DNA of 63,983 bases, the filler included, from Octopus bimaculoides (taxonomy: Eukaryota), in the NCBI RefSeq assembly GCF_001194135.2. It is 5 parts of 5 records of this genome, joined end to end, with 100 filler letters (N's around TTAATTAATTAA, not from the genome) between each part and the next. Parts side by side here need not be neighbours in the genome. Positions count along the whole stretch, not along the records: positions 38,847 to 62,690 come from NC_068984.1; 4 more parts are not named here. One strand, 5' to 3'. This document shows positions 48,989-62,790 of this stretch, one piece after another (the stretch's first letter is position 1; the number at the start of each line of letters is the position of its first letter). The notes beneath the pieces are model-generated. The model saw only the letters and a list, made by a program, of their open reading frames with translations, ran no database searches and was not told where the DNA came from. Both the position numbers and the translations under genes were made by a program.

Positions 48989-50240
48989 GTACACACATTC
49001 ATTTATTTATGTCTATATATATATAGATATTCACAAACATACACCCATATATATGTATTTCCAAGTAAGTTTATATATAGATATATATACATACCTACAT
49101 ACATGTAAATGCCTAAATAGATAATATAAATTATAAATATTCATGTATATATATATATTTATTTTTGTGGATATATATGTCATGTAATCATTATTTCGTA
49201 TGTATAAAATTTATGTATTTAGTGCAAAAATTTGAACACATTTTGATTTAATCTAAACAACACCAGTTTCATACATATTTCCTATTCAGTAATGCATACT
49301 AGTAACAATTAATCTTTACATAATACCCATTCGAAAAAGCTTGAACTATGAATAATAAAAGAGGTAAATGAATTATAGTAATTTGAGAACAGATTATTTC
49401 TCGTCAAATGAATTTTACCAGGTTCTGAACAGTTTATATCTTATATCATACTTGTTCTAATATGCTGTGCATAACAAATTATGTCTTTGTCTTTGTAATT
49501 AGAAAAGTTACCTGCATGGTATACATGTACAGGTAGAAACATATGTACACATCTGATTATTGTGTGTGTGTGTGTGTGTGTGTACGTGCATGTGTGCATG
49601 CATGTGTGTGTTTCTTCTTCTTGTAGTTATCTTGCAATGCAGAATTTTTCAGATAATAGTATACAAACGAATAACGGAATTTACATACCTTTCAAAATTG
49701 TATTCATGTAAAAAAGATAATCTTGATGCATAAGTGTGCATGTGTGAGTAAATGAAGCGACTGTTCATGCAAGTAATCTAATTAATTTACATTGTTACTC
49801 AGAGTTTCTTCAAACTTTCATTTCTGCAAATGATCAAATTTTTTTCGTACTGTGAATTATTTTGTTTTTCCTGTTTTTGTTTTTTGCCAAGTAAGGAATT
49901 AGTGCCCTTCCTATAAAATTTTTTTCATATAACAATTTTGACCTAGGTTAACCTATGGAATGGTTATGTTTTGGCAACATTTTGGCTTTCGTTAATAAGA
50001 TTTCATTAGAGAAGAAAATTTCATTACTGGAGGAAATATATAAAGGCATGAAAATTCTGTGTAACAACCTACAAGACAGTGGCTGAACACAATAAATATA
50101 TAAATACATGCACATATATGTACATATTGAGATGTGTGTGTGCATGTGCGTGTGCATGTGTGTGTGTGTGTGAGTGTGTATGTGTAGATATATATATACA
50201 TATGTATATGTATATATATTTGCATATATGTATATGTGCA

Positions 50241-50299
<59 letters not shown>

Positions 50300-50592
50300 A
50301 TATTCCCTCATCTCTGTTAGGAGGCACAAGCACTTACACACACATACACACATGATGGAAACTTCCACCAACCAAATTCAATCACAAGACTTCAGTCGGT
50401 CCGTGCGGCGCCACGTAAGACCACCCGGTCACTCTGTAAAGTGGTTGGTGTTAGGAAGGGCATCCAGCTGTAGAAACCAAGCCAGATCAGACTGGAGCCT
50501 GGTGCAGCTCCCCAGCTTGTCAGCACTGGTCAAACCATCCAGCTAATGCCAGCATGTACAACATACATTAAATAACGATGATGATGAGGATG

Positions 50593-50628
<36 letters not shown>

Positions 50629-50887
50629 GTATATGGAGACAGAGGAGAGGGAGAGAGAGAGAGAGCAGGAGAGAGACACATATAGAGATTCAGATACAGA
50701 TAGAGAGACAGTAAAAGAGAAATAGTCAAAAAGGGAGTTGCATGAATGGCTGTGTAATTAAAGTGTTTGGCTCATAGCCTCACAGTTTCAGGTTCATTTT
50801 CACTGTGTTACACCTTTGGTTTTGCATGGTAGCCCTATAATGACTAATTCATTCTGTACTATGTAGACTTAGTAAACAGACTTAAAC

Positions 50888-51282
50888 GTAGGAGTGACTG
50901 TGTGGTAAGTAGCTTGCTTACGGACCACATGGTTCCGGGTTCAGTCCCATTGCGTGGCACTTTGGGCAAGTGTCTTCTACTATAGCCTCGGGCCGACCAA
51001 AGCCTTGTGAGTGGATTTGATAGATGGAAACTGAAAGAAGCCCGTCGTATATATATGTGTGTGTATATGTTTGTGTGTCTGTGTTTGTCCCCCAACGTCG
51101 CTTGACAACTGATACTGGTGTGTTTAAGTCCCCGTAACTTAGCAGTTCGGCATAAGAGACCGATAGAATAAGTACTAGGCTTACAAAGAATAAGTCCTAG
51201 AGTTGATTTGCTTGACTAAAGGCGGTGCTCCAGCATGGCCACAGTCAAATGACTGAAACAAGTAAAAGAGAGTAAAAGAGAG
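50888..51282 (+). mobile_element. SINE family A, near full length
   Basis: Colinear with 27049-27454, with the same tail. Older copies at about 43040-43290 and 46325-46810. Confidence 0.9.
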
Positions 51283-51624
51283 CAGCTATAGGAACCCAAT
51301 CATACATGCAAACACATACACTCACACGCACACACACACACACACACACACATATACATATGTGTGTGTGTGTTTGTAAACGTGCATGATTTTTGGCATC
51401 CAACATCTTCACTTGTCACCACTTGTGCAAAACGTTGGTTTGGTGTCTGCGAAGTGGTTGGCATTAAGAAGGGCATCGAGTTGTAGAAACCATGCCAAAG
51501 CAGACACTGGAACATGTTGCAGCCTTCTGGTTTCATCAGTTCGTATTAAACCATCCAACCCATGCTGGCATGGAAAAAGAAATATTGAATGATGATGAAA
51601 ATGATGATGATGATGACATTATGA

Positions 51625-51940
51625 CTGGTCACTATGCACTTTCAAAGACCTCATTGCCTCTCATCTTCTTCACCCATTTAATTCTTGGAAAAGTCATGGG
51701 ATGCAGAGTCCTCAGTCATGCTTTCCATTGGGTCTGGTCAGAAGCAGCCATTTCCAATTGATTCACCTGGTTCCCCAAGGAAGACCAATTGATCTCATGG
51801 CTATTATCCAACTATCTTGCTCATAGTTTTCCGTTGGGTTTTCTGCTGATTAGTTTTTGCCTGTGGAACCTCTTCAGTGATTCTTTGATGAGACGTTCTG
51901 ACCAGTTGCTCATAGTATCAAAGCTATGATCCCGCAGATG
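51625..51940 (-). mobile_element. Decayed RTE-like LINE 3' end
   Basis: Minus-strand translation resembles the RTE C-terminus (RKPNGK..AR*LD...W..LG...LEMAASDQTQW). Confidence 0.45.
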
Positions 51941-52009
51941 AGAGAAGTTTAGTGATTCCATCTGGAGTGCTTCTCTGATCTCCAAGCTATGCACCTTATC
52001 AAGAAACTT

Positions 52010-52330
52010 TCAAAATCTTTACATGACAAATATGTAATGATTATATATATATAAAATATGAAGGCGGACCTAAGGATCACAACATATAGGTACACTGCGA
52101 CACAATTTCTTTTCCTCAACAGGCCCTGCCCTGCACTGTTTAACATTGTCCCAAAATTGATCAAAGAAGAAAAGGATACCATCACCTTTAAACGGAGTCT
52201 GGACAGATTTCTTCAAGGAATACCAGATAAGCCACCCATACCTGGATACAACTCACTCAACAAGAACTCACTACTTTAATGGACCATAATACCACAAAAC
52301 TTGACTTAAAAATGAATTGAGATAATCCTA
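52010..52330 (+). mobile_element. CR1-group LINE 3' end
   Basis: Translation gives PALFNIVPKLIKEEKDTITFKRSLDRFLQGIPDKPPIPGYNSLNKNSLL. Confidence 0.72.
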
Positions 52331-53531
52331 TCAGGTGGTGCTATTAAGTTAGACATGGCCTGGACCAATCTTTGGTTGAAACATATCTAAGTTTTATCTA
52401 AGTTTTATATATATATATATAAGATTACAAAAAAATGGGAGATCTCTGTAATTTTAATTGGAGAAGAGAACTCATGTCCCTTTGGAAGAGACACAAATTT
52501 ATTATAGATTACCATTCCTGAAAAATCTGGTATCTTAGTCTTGACAGGAAATATAGAGAATTAAATCCCTTGCAAAGATTCATAATTGAATGAACTAAGT
52601 GCATATTGCAGATTTGAACTCAAGGCTAATGAGTCTATTTCACTTCCTAGTAGTATGTCAATATAGACATACATACATATGTACATACATGCATACATAC
52701 ATACATATGTATATATATATNNNNNNNNNNNNNNNNNNNNNNNNNNNNNNNNNNNNNNNNNNNNNNNNNNNNNNNNNNNNNNNNNNNNNNNNNNNNNNNN
52801 NNNNNNNNNNNNNNNNNNNNNNNNNNNNNNNNNNNNNNNNNNNNNNNNNNNNNNNNNNNNNNNNNNNNNNNNNNNNNNNNNNNNNNNNNNNNNNNNNNNN
52901 NNNNNNNNNNNNNNNNNNNNNNNNNNNNNNNNNNNNNNNNNNNNNNNNNNNNNNNNNNNNNNNNNNNNNNNNNNNNNNNNNNNNNNNNNNNNNNNNNNNN
53001 NNNNNNNNNNNNNNNNNNNNNNNNNNNNNNNNNNNNNNNNNNNNNNNNNNNNNNNNNNNNNNNNNNNNNNNNNNNNNNNNNNNNNNNNNNNNNNNNNNNN
53101 NNNNNNNNNNNNNNNNNNNNNNNNNNNNNNNNNNNNNNNNNNNNNNNNNNNNNNNNNNNNNNNNNNNNNNNNNNNNNNNNNNNNNNNNNNNNNNNNNNNN
53201 NNNNNNNNNNNNNNNNNNNNNNNNNNNNNNNNNNNNNNNNNNNNNCAAGTCTATAATAGGCTTTTAGCATTTAGATGAAAAACACAGAAATAAAAAAAGA
53301 TTAAAAAATTTTAAATGTTTAAAAAAATAATGAAATATATAAATGACAACATAAATAAAAGAATTTTAAAAAAAGGAAGAATAAGAAAAAAATGGCTTTA
53401 AAAATATGCAGAAAAGGATAAAAATACAAATTATAATGATGACAGTGGGAAAGAAGACAACAATGATGATGATGATGATGACGATGATGATGATGACGAT
53501 GATGATGATAGAAATAATAATAATAATAATA

Positions 53532-53579
<48 letters not shown>

Positions 53580-53705
53580 GTGAAAAGTAAAAGGAAATAA
53601 CGAAACAAGGATGTGAAATATAAGAAGAGGAAAAGAATGAAGAAATGAAATAATGCCAAAAAATAAATAAATAAATACAGTAAAACAAAATAATAATAGC
53701 GAATG

Positions 53706-53742
<37 letters not shown>

Positions 53743-56700
53743 GGAAGTTGAGATAAAGAATATTCAATTTCAAGAAAATTTTCTTTAATTAGCTCATGAG
53801 AAGATTCTATTTAGTTTATATTTGTTTATCTGCATATTCTTTTTTATATAATTTTTTTTTTTTTCATCTTATGCTTTTATTTTTTTTTTTTCCTTTTATT
53901 ATTGTTTATTTTATTGCATTAAAAAATTTTTTTTTACCATGTTTGTATTATGATATGAGATATGAGTAGTTAATAAAGAAGTGAGAATGTTTGGTCAGAA
54001 GTAACATCTGTTAGAGTGTCAGAGAAAAATGTTACACAATATTTATTCTGATTCACTTTACTCTGAGTTCAAATTCCATTAAGGTCAGCATTGCCTTTCG
54101 TCCTTTCAGAGTTGATAAAATAAAGCTCCAATCTAAAGGTGGTTGATTGGCAGAAATCATAAGGATATCGGGACTGGATACCTTACATTATTTGTATTGC
54201 CTTTCGGTGATCTGATTTCAAATCACACCGAGGACAATTTTACTTTCATACTTCTGACATCAACAGAAAAATGCTTTAACAAAGTAGACTGGTAGAACTG
54301 CAATGGTGTTAGACTGGATGCCTTATGGTATTCATTCCAGCTCTTTGCATTCTGAGTTCAGTTCAAATCCCACCATGGTGTATTTGGGTGGTAGACTTAA
54401 TCCATCATGCAATTTGACATGACCACCAGGTACATTGGGTACCTTTAGCAGACCTCGTTCCATTACAAGTGTTCAGATCAGGTTTTTGGATTTGAGGATA
54501 CCTTCCATTAGTCTTGGATGCTCTGTAATAAGTCATGGGTACCACTTTCCTTCCCAGCTAGAAAAAGAGAGAGGGAACTTGTACTTGTTTCATCAATGGC
54601 TAGGTCTAAGACAGTGCATTGAAATTGAAAGAATTGCATCAAGGTTCGAGTTAGGATTTTTTCACTTGTGGTACACTTATATTCTTTTCAAAATTCGGCA
54701 GCACACCTGAACTGAAAACATAACTAAAAGTATAGGGAAAAAAATTATACTCAGGTTACACTGTGGCATATGTAGCATCGTTTTTTGGCACACATAGCAT
54801 CGTTTTCTGCTGTGGCATACCGGTTGCGGAGCACTGGTCTAACTTCATTTGTTATGTAGTGTTTCGTCCCTTCCTGTCCTTATAAACACTTACTCATGTT
54901 TTTGTTTTTTTTACTTGTGTCTGTTTCATTAATTACATTTGGAAACTATGCTTTTGGTTACAATGATGAGGATTCCATTTGATCAGGTTAATGAAATAAC
55001 TTGCTCATGAAATTAATGTGCAATTGGCTGAGTACTCCACAAACATGCATAACCCTTAGCATAGTTCTCAGAGAGATTCCACGTGACACAGAATTACAGG
55101 TATTGCTAATTTTTGTGAGCTGAGTGGATCGGAGCAATGTAAAATAAAGTGTCTTGCTCAAAGGCTCAATGCACCACCAGGAATTGAAGTCACAATCTTA
55201 CAATCATGAGCCGAATGCCCCCACTACTAAGCCATGTGTCTTGAAGAGTTTTTGATTATATATGAAATTATTTGTAGCTGAGAGAACAAGGATAAAGGGT
55301 AAAGACTCTATTTCAGGCAGGAATGACCATAGTATTGCACCTAGAAAGTTACCCTCTGAGGAACAAATTTTGGCAAGGTTGTTTACAGAAGACCAGCAGT
55401 TGCCCATGCATACCAGCTCCCTCTCCCCATGCCACCAATGTTATTCAAGGGAGAGACAAAGGCTGATACAGTTTCGCATCAGTGATGTCAAAACTTTTTT
55501 CTACAGCTGAGTGAACTGGAGCAACAGGAAGTAAAGTGTCTCGCTCAAGAACACAACACATAGCCCAGTCAGGGAATCGAACTCACTACCTCATGATTGT
55601 GAGCCTGATGCTCTAACCATTGAGAGAACAAGCATAGTTTCAATTGCAATCATTGGTTGGTCCTTTAGGGTTTGGCAGATCCAATGAGGTGAAGGACCAT
55701 GTCATGCTTCAATGTCTCTGTTTTCGTATGATTTCTACAGCTGGATGCCCTTCCTAACACCGACCACTTTACAGAGGGTACTGGTTGCTTTTTGTTATGG
55801 CACCAGCACTAGTGAGGTGACCTTACATTTTTCAAAACCCAAAGAGCATAAAGGACTATCGAAACCACCAAAAGGAAAGTAGAGAAAGGATGATGATGTC
55901 TTTGGTGAGACGATTAGAGGATAAAGTATAATGAGGGTAACAAATTAACAGTGGTAAAAGGGTGGTAATTTAGGGAGTAGATCACAGAGGGAGAGAGTAT
56001 GTAAGGGGCAGGACAAGGAAAGAAAGAATTAGTGTCAGGGGTTAATGAGACAAGGAAGGACACACATTTCAAAATGTATTCCCTTGTACTCCTCAAAAAG
56101 ACAGGATGGCTAGCATACTTTTGCCCTTGGGTCTGTTTCAACGGGGTTGATCCAGAGACCGTTGCTTAGACTGGTAAAAGAGAAACCCTACTATTCCAGC
56201 CCTGTGAGGTCAAAGTCCAGCCAGTATTTCCATTGTATGTAATGCTATAGCAGACCATTAGTCAGCAATCCCTAAAGACTTGACCAAACAAGAATTGGGT
56301 GGGGGGGGGAGTTATTTATTTGGAATTGATTGGAAACCTTTAGCTATTTCAGTAAATCACTCTTTTGAGTATTTTTTATTTCCATTTGTGATTCGTTTTC
56401 TTAACTTTGCCTCCACTTCNNNNNNNNNNNNNNNNNNNNNNNNNNNNNNNNNNNNNNNNNNNNNNNNNNNNNNNNNNNNNNNNNNNNNNNNNNNNNNNNN
56501 NNNNNNNNNNNNNNNNNNNNNNNNNNNNNNNNNNNNNNNNNNNNNNNNNNNNNNNNNNNNNNNNNNNNNNNNNNNNNNNNNNNNNNNNNNNNNNNNNNNN
56601 NNNNNNNNNNNNNNNNNNNNNNNNNNNNNNNNNNNNNNNNNNNNNNNNNNNNNNNNNNNNNNNNNNNNNNNNNNNNNNNNNNNNNNNNNNNNNNNNNNNN

Positions 56701-57631
56701 NNNNNNNNNNNNNNNNNNNNNNNNNNNNNNNNNNNNNNNNNNNNNNNNNNNNNNNNNNNNNNNNNNNNNNNNNNNNNNNNNNNNNNNNNNNNNNNNNNNN
56801 NNNNNNNNNNNNNNNNNNNNNNNNNNNNNNNNNNNNNNNNNNNNNNNNNNNNNNNNNNNNNNNNNNNNNNNNNNNNNNNNNNNNNNNNNNNNNNNNNNNN
56901 NNNNNNNNNNNNNNNNNNNNNNNNNNNNNNNNNNNNNNNNNNNNNNNNNNNNNNNNNNNNNNNNNNNNNNNNNNNNNNNNNNNNNNNNNNNNNNNNNNNN
57001 NNNNNNNNNNNNNNNNNNNNNNNNNNNNNNNNNNNNNNNNNNNNNNNNNNNNNNNNNNNNNNNNNNNNNNNNNNNNNNNNNNNNNNNNNNNNNNNNNNNN
57101 NNNNNNNNNNNNNNNNNNNNNNNNNNNNNNNNNNNNNNNNNNNNNNNNNNNNNNNNNNNNNNNNNNNNNNNNNNNNNNNNNNNNNNNNNNNNNNNNNNNN
57201 NNNACCACCATTGCCACCGCCACATCACCACCACTTCCATCATCACAAACTTCACCACCACCAACACCACTACCGCCACCTTCATCACTACCACCGCCTC
57301 CACAACTAACCTCACTACCACCACCACCACCATCACCACCACCGCATTACCACCACCGCATTACCACCACCACCACCAACGCTAACAATGCTGACAACCA
57401 ATATGACCGTCACTACCAGAACCACTACCAACGCCACCTCACTGGTGCCACCTCCATCACCACCACTATCACCACACCACAAACAACTACTACAATACAA
57501 CCATCAACAACATTACATACTAATAAAACCAACATTGATATAACCTTTGGCAAAATCACCAGGTAAAGTTAATTATAGGTATATTGATGACCTAGCATGA
57601 TTTGAACTCAGCATGTAAAGAACCAGAACAC

Positions 57632-57685
<54 letters not shown>

Positions 57686-57930
57686 GTCTTTTTCTTTCCA
57701 TTTGGTCAAAAAAGCTACCATATTTGAGGGGAGGGGATAGTCGATAGATCATAAACTGTAGTATTTGACTGGTATTTTGTTTTATTAAACTCCAGAGGGA
57801 CAAAACACAGACGTTTGATTTTATCCACAGTTGAACTCAAAATGCAAAAGAAGAGCTGAAAGAATTATTTCAAGACATTTTGTCTAAAACTCTGATGATT
57901 CTGCCAGCTAACCTAACTGATAACAGTGAC

Positions 57931-57964
<34 letters not shown>

Positions 57965-57974
57965 TTGATAATAA

Positions 57975-58165
57975 TGATAACCAGAATCCTTGCCCGGTAG
58001 CAGATCAGTCCCAAAATCTAATCAGTTTGTGCCAGTCACAAGGTCAAACATCCCCGAAAGTTTCATCCAAATCCATCCAGCGGTTCTTGAGATATCTTGT
58101 GCACAGACAAACAAACGAACAAACAAAACAAACACGACTGAAAACAATACCTCCACCTTTGCTTG
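57975..58165 (-). mobile_element. 5' part of a second Helentron-like (HINE) copy
   Basis: Reverse complement aligns to 29900-30045 (GGAGGTATTGTTTTCAGT, (GTTT)n, GGATGAAACTTT..GGGATGTTTG, AAGGATTCTGG). Confidence 0.65.
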
Positions 58166-59094
58166 ACTGGTCTCCTCAAGCACAGCATATTACCAAAGGT
58201 CTCATTCACTTATCATTGCCTCTGTGAGGCCCAACGTTTGAAGTATGTTTCTTACATGCCACTAGCATGGTTGACTGTTACGTCACACTAGCATCAACCA
58301 CTACTATGGTTTCACTTGGCTTGATGGGTCTTCACTTTTCACAAATTCACTAGGAGGTAGCACTTCCCTAGCAATTTCAAGGTAGTGGGTGAGTTGATTA
58401 AATCGACCCCAGTACTCAACTGGTACTTATTTTATTGACCCTGAAGACAAAGTTGAACTTGGCAACATTTGAACATCATCATCATCATCATCATTTAATG
58501 TCCATTTTCCATGCTGGCATGGGTTGGATGGTTTGACTGAAATACTGGTAAACCGAGAAATTGCCCCAGGTTCTGATCTGATTTTGCCAAGGTTTCTACA
58601 GCTGGATGCCCTTTCTAACACCAACCACTCCCAGAGTGTAATGGGTGCTTTATACATGCCACCGGCATTGGTGTCATTGACCTGATACTGACAACAGTCA
58701 TGACTACGGTCTCACTTGGTTTGACAGGTCTACACAAGTACGGTGCACCACCAAAAGTCTTGGCCACCTGGCACTGCCTCCATGAGGCCCAAAATGCACA
58801 AAACCAGAAGAAATGCTACTAAGCAGTTTGTCCAACAGACTAAAGATTCTACCACTTCGCAACCTTTTTAATAATAACAGTTCTTTCTAAAATAAGCACA
58901 AAGCTTGAAATCTTGAGGGGAAGGGCCTAGTTGATTACATCAAACTCAGTGCTTTGACTGTTACTTTATTTCATCAACCATGAAATGATGGAAAGCAAAG
59001 TCAACCTCAGCAATACTTGAACTCAGAGTGTAAAGATCCGGAACAAAGACCATGAGGCATTTATTTTTTTTTGATGCTCTAATAATTCTGCCAG

Positions 59095-59100
59095 ATGATG

Positions 59101-59137
<37 letters not shown>

Positions 59138-59244
59138 TAATAATAATCATAATAAATAATAATAATAATAATAATAATAATACTCATAATAGTAACATCA
59201 ATAATAATCATAATAGGAACAATAACAATAATAATAATAATAAC

Positions 59245-59283
<39 letters not shown>

Positions 59284-59390
59284 CATCATCATAATAGTAA
59301 CAACAACAACAACAATAATATTAATGATGATGATGATGATAATAATAATAATAGTAGTAGTAGTAATAATAATGATGGTAGTAGAAATAA
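59095..59390. repeat. Compound (AAT)n/(AAC)n/(GAT)n/(AGT)n microsatellite, one example of dozens of SSR tracts across the window
   Basis: Directly visible. Other long tracts include (GT)n 446-540, (TA)/(CA)n 11605-11740, (AAT)n 47358-47420 and (TCTA/TCTG)n 60215-60405. Confidence 0.95.
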
Positions 59391-59552
59391 CAGAAATAGT
59401 TATCAAGGCCAAGGTTTTGATAATGTTTATGCCTGCTTATAACAGAGAGCGATTACTGTTGAATGAAGCAGTACCAAAGGAACTTGAAACATACATACAT
59501 ACATACATACATATATACATATGTATATATTTAGATATATATTTAAATATAG

Positions 59553-59584
<32 letters not shown>

Positions 59585-60217
59585 ACACACACACACTTAT
59601 ATGTATGACTTTTGTTTTCAATTCATTTTATAGCATTGGTTTATTTGTCTTTAATTACTTACTGCCATGTATGGTGCTGTAACAGTTATGCGATAGGGCT
59701 CCATACCATGCTGGCAATGATAATAATGAAATAAGGGCATGTATGCCATATATATATGTGTGTGTGTGTGTATATGTATGTATGTATGTACGTATGTATG
59801 TGTGTGTGTGTGTGTGGTTAGTGTTGTGGTATCTCTTGTGGTGGTTTGGTGCTGTGAGGACCGGTGGTGTATTTTGGACAAGACAAAAAAAAAAATGAAG
59901 AATATAAAAGTTGGGGGGATTAACTTTGATTATAATGTTTCTTATTTCCATATCTTTTAATTTTCTTTGCTTTACCCTCCAAGGTTTTCCACTCTTTTCT
60001 CCGTATTTTTTATCCCCTTGTATTCTCAGAATAACTTTGTGTCAACAAACTTATGTAGAACTTTCTAATTATAATTTTTTTTTCTTTCCTCTCTCTCTCA
60101 TTTTATCACATTTTTCTTTCTTTTTTCTTTTTATTGACTTTGTTTTCTTTATCCATTCTCCCTCTATCTCTCCGACTGTCTCTTTCTCTCACTCCCACAG
60201 TCTTACTCCCACTCTAT

Positions 60218-60255
<38 letters not shown>

Positions 60256-60304
60256 GTCTGTTTGTCTTTCTGTCTATCTATCTATCTATCTATCTGTCTT
60301 TCTG

Positions 60305-60335
<31 letters not shown>

Positions 60336-60348
60336 GTCTATCTGTCTT

Positions 60349-60406
<58 letters not shown>

Positions 60407-60688
60407 AGTTCCCTGCTGTAAAATACTAGGATGTCCGACTCCAACCTAACTGAGTGTTTTACAAAATTAAAAAAAAAAGAAAAGATTTACAATAACATAT
60501 TGCTTTGTTTTGTTTGTATTGTCTGTCTGTTATTTCCTTTACTCCTGACATACCATGTCTATAAAATTGACTTTATATATACACATTTATTCAGACCTCT
60601 GTTTAGGGACTTTTGAATCACCCCCTTAATGTGTATGCGTGGATATGTGCATGTATATGCATATATATATATGTGTGTGTGTGTGTGT

Positions 60689-61022
60689 GAAGGTGCATGG
60701 CTCAGGGGTTAGAACATCGAGCTTACGACCGTGAGATTGTGAGTTCAAATCCCGGACTGGGCTGTGTGTTGTGTTCTTGAGCAAGACACTTTATTTCATG
60801 TTGCTCCAGTTCACTCAGCTGTAGAAATGAGTTGCGACGTCACTGGTGCCAAGCTGTATCGACCTTTGCCTTTCCCTTGGATGACATTGGTGGCGTGGAG
60901 AGGGGCGGCTGGTATGCGTGGGCGACTGCTGGTCTTCCATAAACAACTTTGCCCGGACTTGTGCCTGGGAGGGTAACTTTCTAGGTGCAATCCCATGGTC
61001 AGTCATGACTGAAGGGGGTCTC
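60689..61022 (+). mobile_element. Full-length SINE family B
   Basis: A-box-like TGGCTCAGGGG, B-box GAGTTCAAATCC, CORE/Meta-like centre and 3' end GAAGGGGGTCTC. Confidence 0.85.
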
Positions 61023-61317
61023 ATATGTACATATATATATATGTACATACACACACATGTGTGTGTGTGTGTGTGCGTGCATCTGTGTGTGTTTTATTAG
61101 TGTATAAATTTATATGCATTATGTACACATGCACCATGCTGGTGCCATGTAAAAAGCACCTAGTGCTCTCTGTAAAGTGGCTAGTGTTAGGAAGTGCATC
61201 CAACTGTAGGAACCATGATTACTCAGACAATTGGAGCCCAGGCGCCTCTCCTGTCAAACTGTTCAACCCATGCCGCGTGGAAAACGGACGTTAAAAGATG
61301 GTGTGATGATGATGATA

Positions 61318-61526
61318 GCGAGCTGGCAGAATCATTAGCGTGCTGGGAAAAATGCTTAACAACATTTTGTCTGTCTTTATGTTCTAAGTTCAAATTCCAC
61401 CGAGGTTGACTTTGCCTTTCATCCTGTTGAGGTGAATAAATTAAGTACCAGTGAAACACTGGGGTTGATGTAACTGACAAGTCCGCTCCCCAAAAATTTC
61501 AAGGCCTTGTGCCTTCAGGAGAAACG

Positions 61527-61561
<35 letters not shown>

Positions 61562-61800
61562 CATTATTATTATTATTATTACGGCAGTGAGATAGCACAA
61601 TTGTTAATGCATTGGACAAAATGCAGAGCAACGTTTCTTCCAGTTCATTGCATTTTGAGTTCAAATCTTGCTGGAGTCAACTTTGTCTTTTATCCTTTCT
61701 GGGGTCAGTAACATAAGTACTTGTCAAATACTGGTGTTGATGTAACTGATTTCTTCCTCTTCTCAAAATTTGCTGGCCTCGTCCCAAAATTACAAAGAAT
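61318..61800 (+). mobile_element. Two tandem family-D SINEs joined through a (TTA)n tail
   Basis: Unit 1 runs AGCTGGCAGAATC...GAAACGATT then (ATT)n; unit 2 starts immediately after the tail. Confidence 0.78.
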
Positions 61801-61889
61801 TACAATTTTTATTATTCAAAAGCTATCACATGGTAATTTAATTAGCAGGGATGTTAGCTTGAGATATGGTGACAAGCTTTCTCAAATTT

Positions 61890-62200
61890 CAAGAATATAT
61901 CTTAGAATTCTTGAAGAACACAAGATAGTACTCTACTGCAGCTCAACATTGCTTGACTCAGTTTCAGTATTTTTCAGCCTCTTAATTAGGAGTTTGCACC
62001 AATTACCAAAGAATTATTTTTATCATTCTCTTCAACAATCTCTTCAGTTCTCTGGCCAAGTGCTAGTATTCCTTAATTTTCTCAATTTTCTTGCTATCTA
62101 CTCTATTATGCAATGATATTACAAAGACTTTGGTCTTACACTGTTTGCTTGTTCGGTGCTCTGTGATCATATCTGGTCATCTTGTCTCTATACGAGGATC
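61890..62200 (-). mobile_element. Decayed R4/Dong-like LINE 3' end
   Basis: Minus-strand translation VELQ*STILCSSRILRYILEI* resembles the LQK..LLGT.RILRK.L terminus seen at 23720-23770. Confidence 0.45.
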
Positions 62201-62651
62201 GGAGGAACTTTTGGAATCATAATTCCAAGTGATGAGCAATGTTAAGCTCAAGTTATGACTATAAAAGAAAACCTGTAGCTTCTAATAAAATACACACACA
62301 CTACTTCGTATATTGAGTACATTCTTCTTGTTTGTAATCATAAATTTTCATCAATATATATACATATATGTACATGTGTGGGTATATGTTTGTATAGATA
62401 AATTAGATATATGTAGGTGTCTTTAACATGAGGCTGGACCTCTTCCTGTCAGGTGTCCTAGATGAACCAACTTCATGGCAGGAGGTGCAGATGAGAGCAG
62501 CTGCATCAAACTCTCTCATGCACCAAATGTCAATTCCTGAAGTAAAATTTGTGAAGTAAAATTGTGTAGCAACACCAAATGGCAGTGCCCCAGCATGGCC
62601 ACAGCTCAAGAGCTGAAACTAGATAAAATGAAAATGAATGAAATATGTATG

Positions 62652-62690
<39 letters not shown>

Positions 62691-62790
62691 NNNNNNNNNN
62701 NNNNNNNNNNNNNNNNNNNNNNNNNNNNNNNNNNTTAATTAATTAANNNNNNNNNNNNNNNNNNNNNNNNNNNNNNNNNNNNNNNNNNNN
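62691..62790. other. Assembly spacer: 44 N + TTAATTAATTAA + 44 N
   Basis: Same 100-bp structure. Confidence 0.9.

Noticed and set aside
54760-54840. CCGGTTGCGGAGCACTG as the end of a second hAT MITE
   Set aside because: No matching left TIR or 8-bp TSD could be identified.
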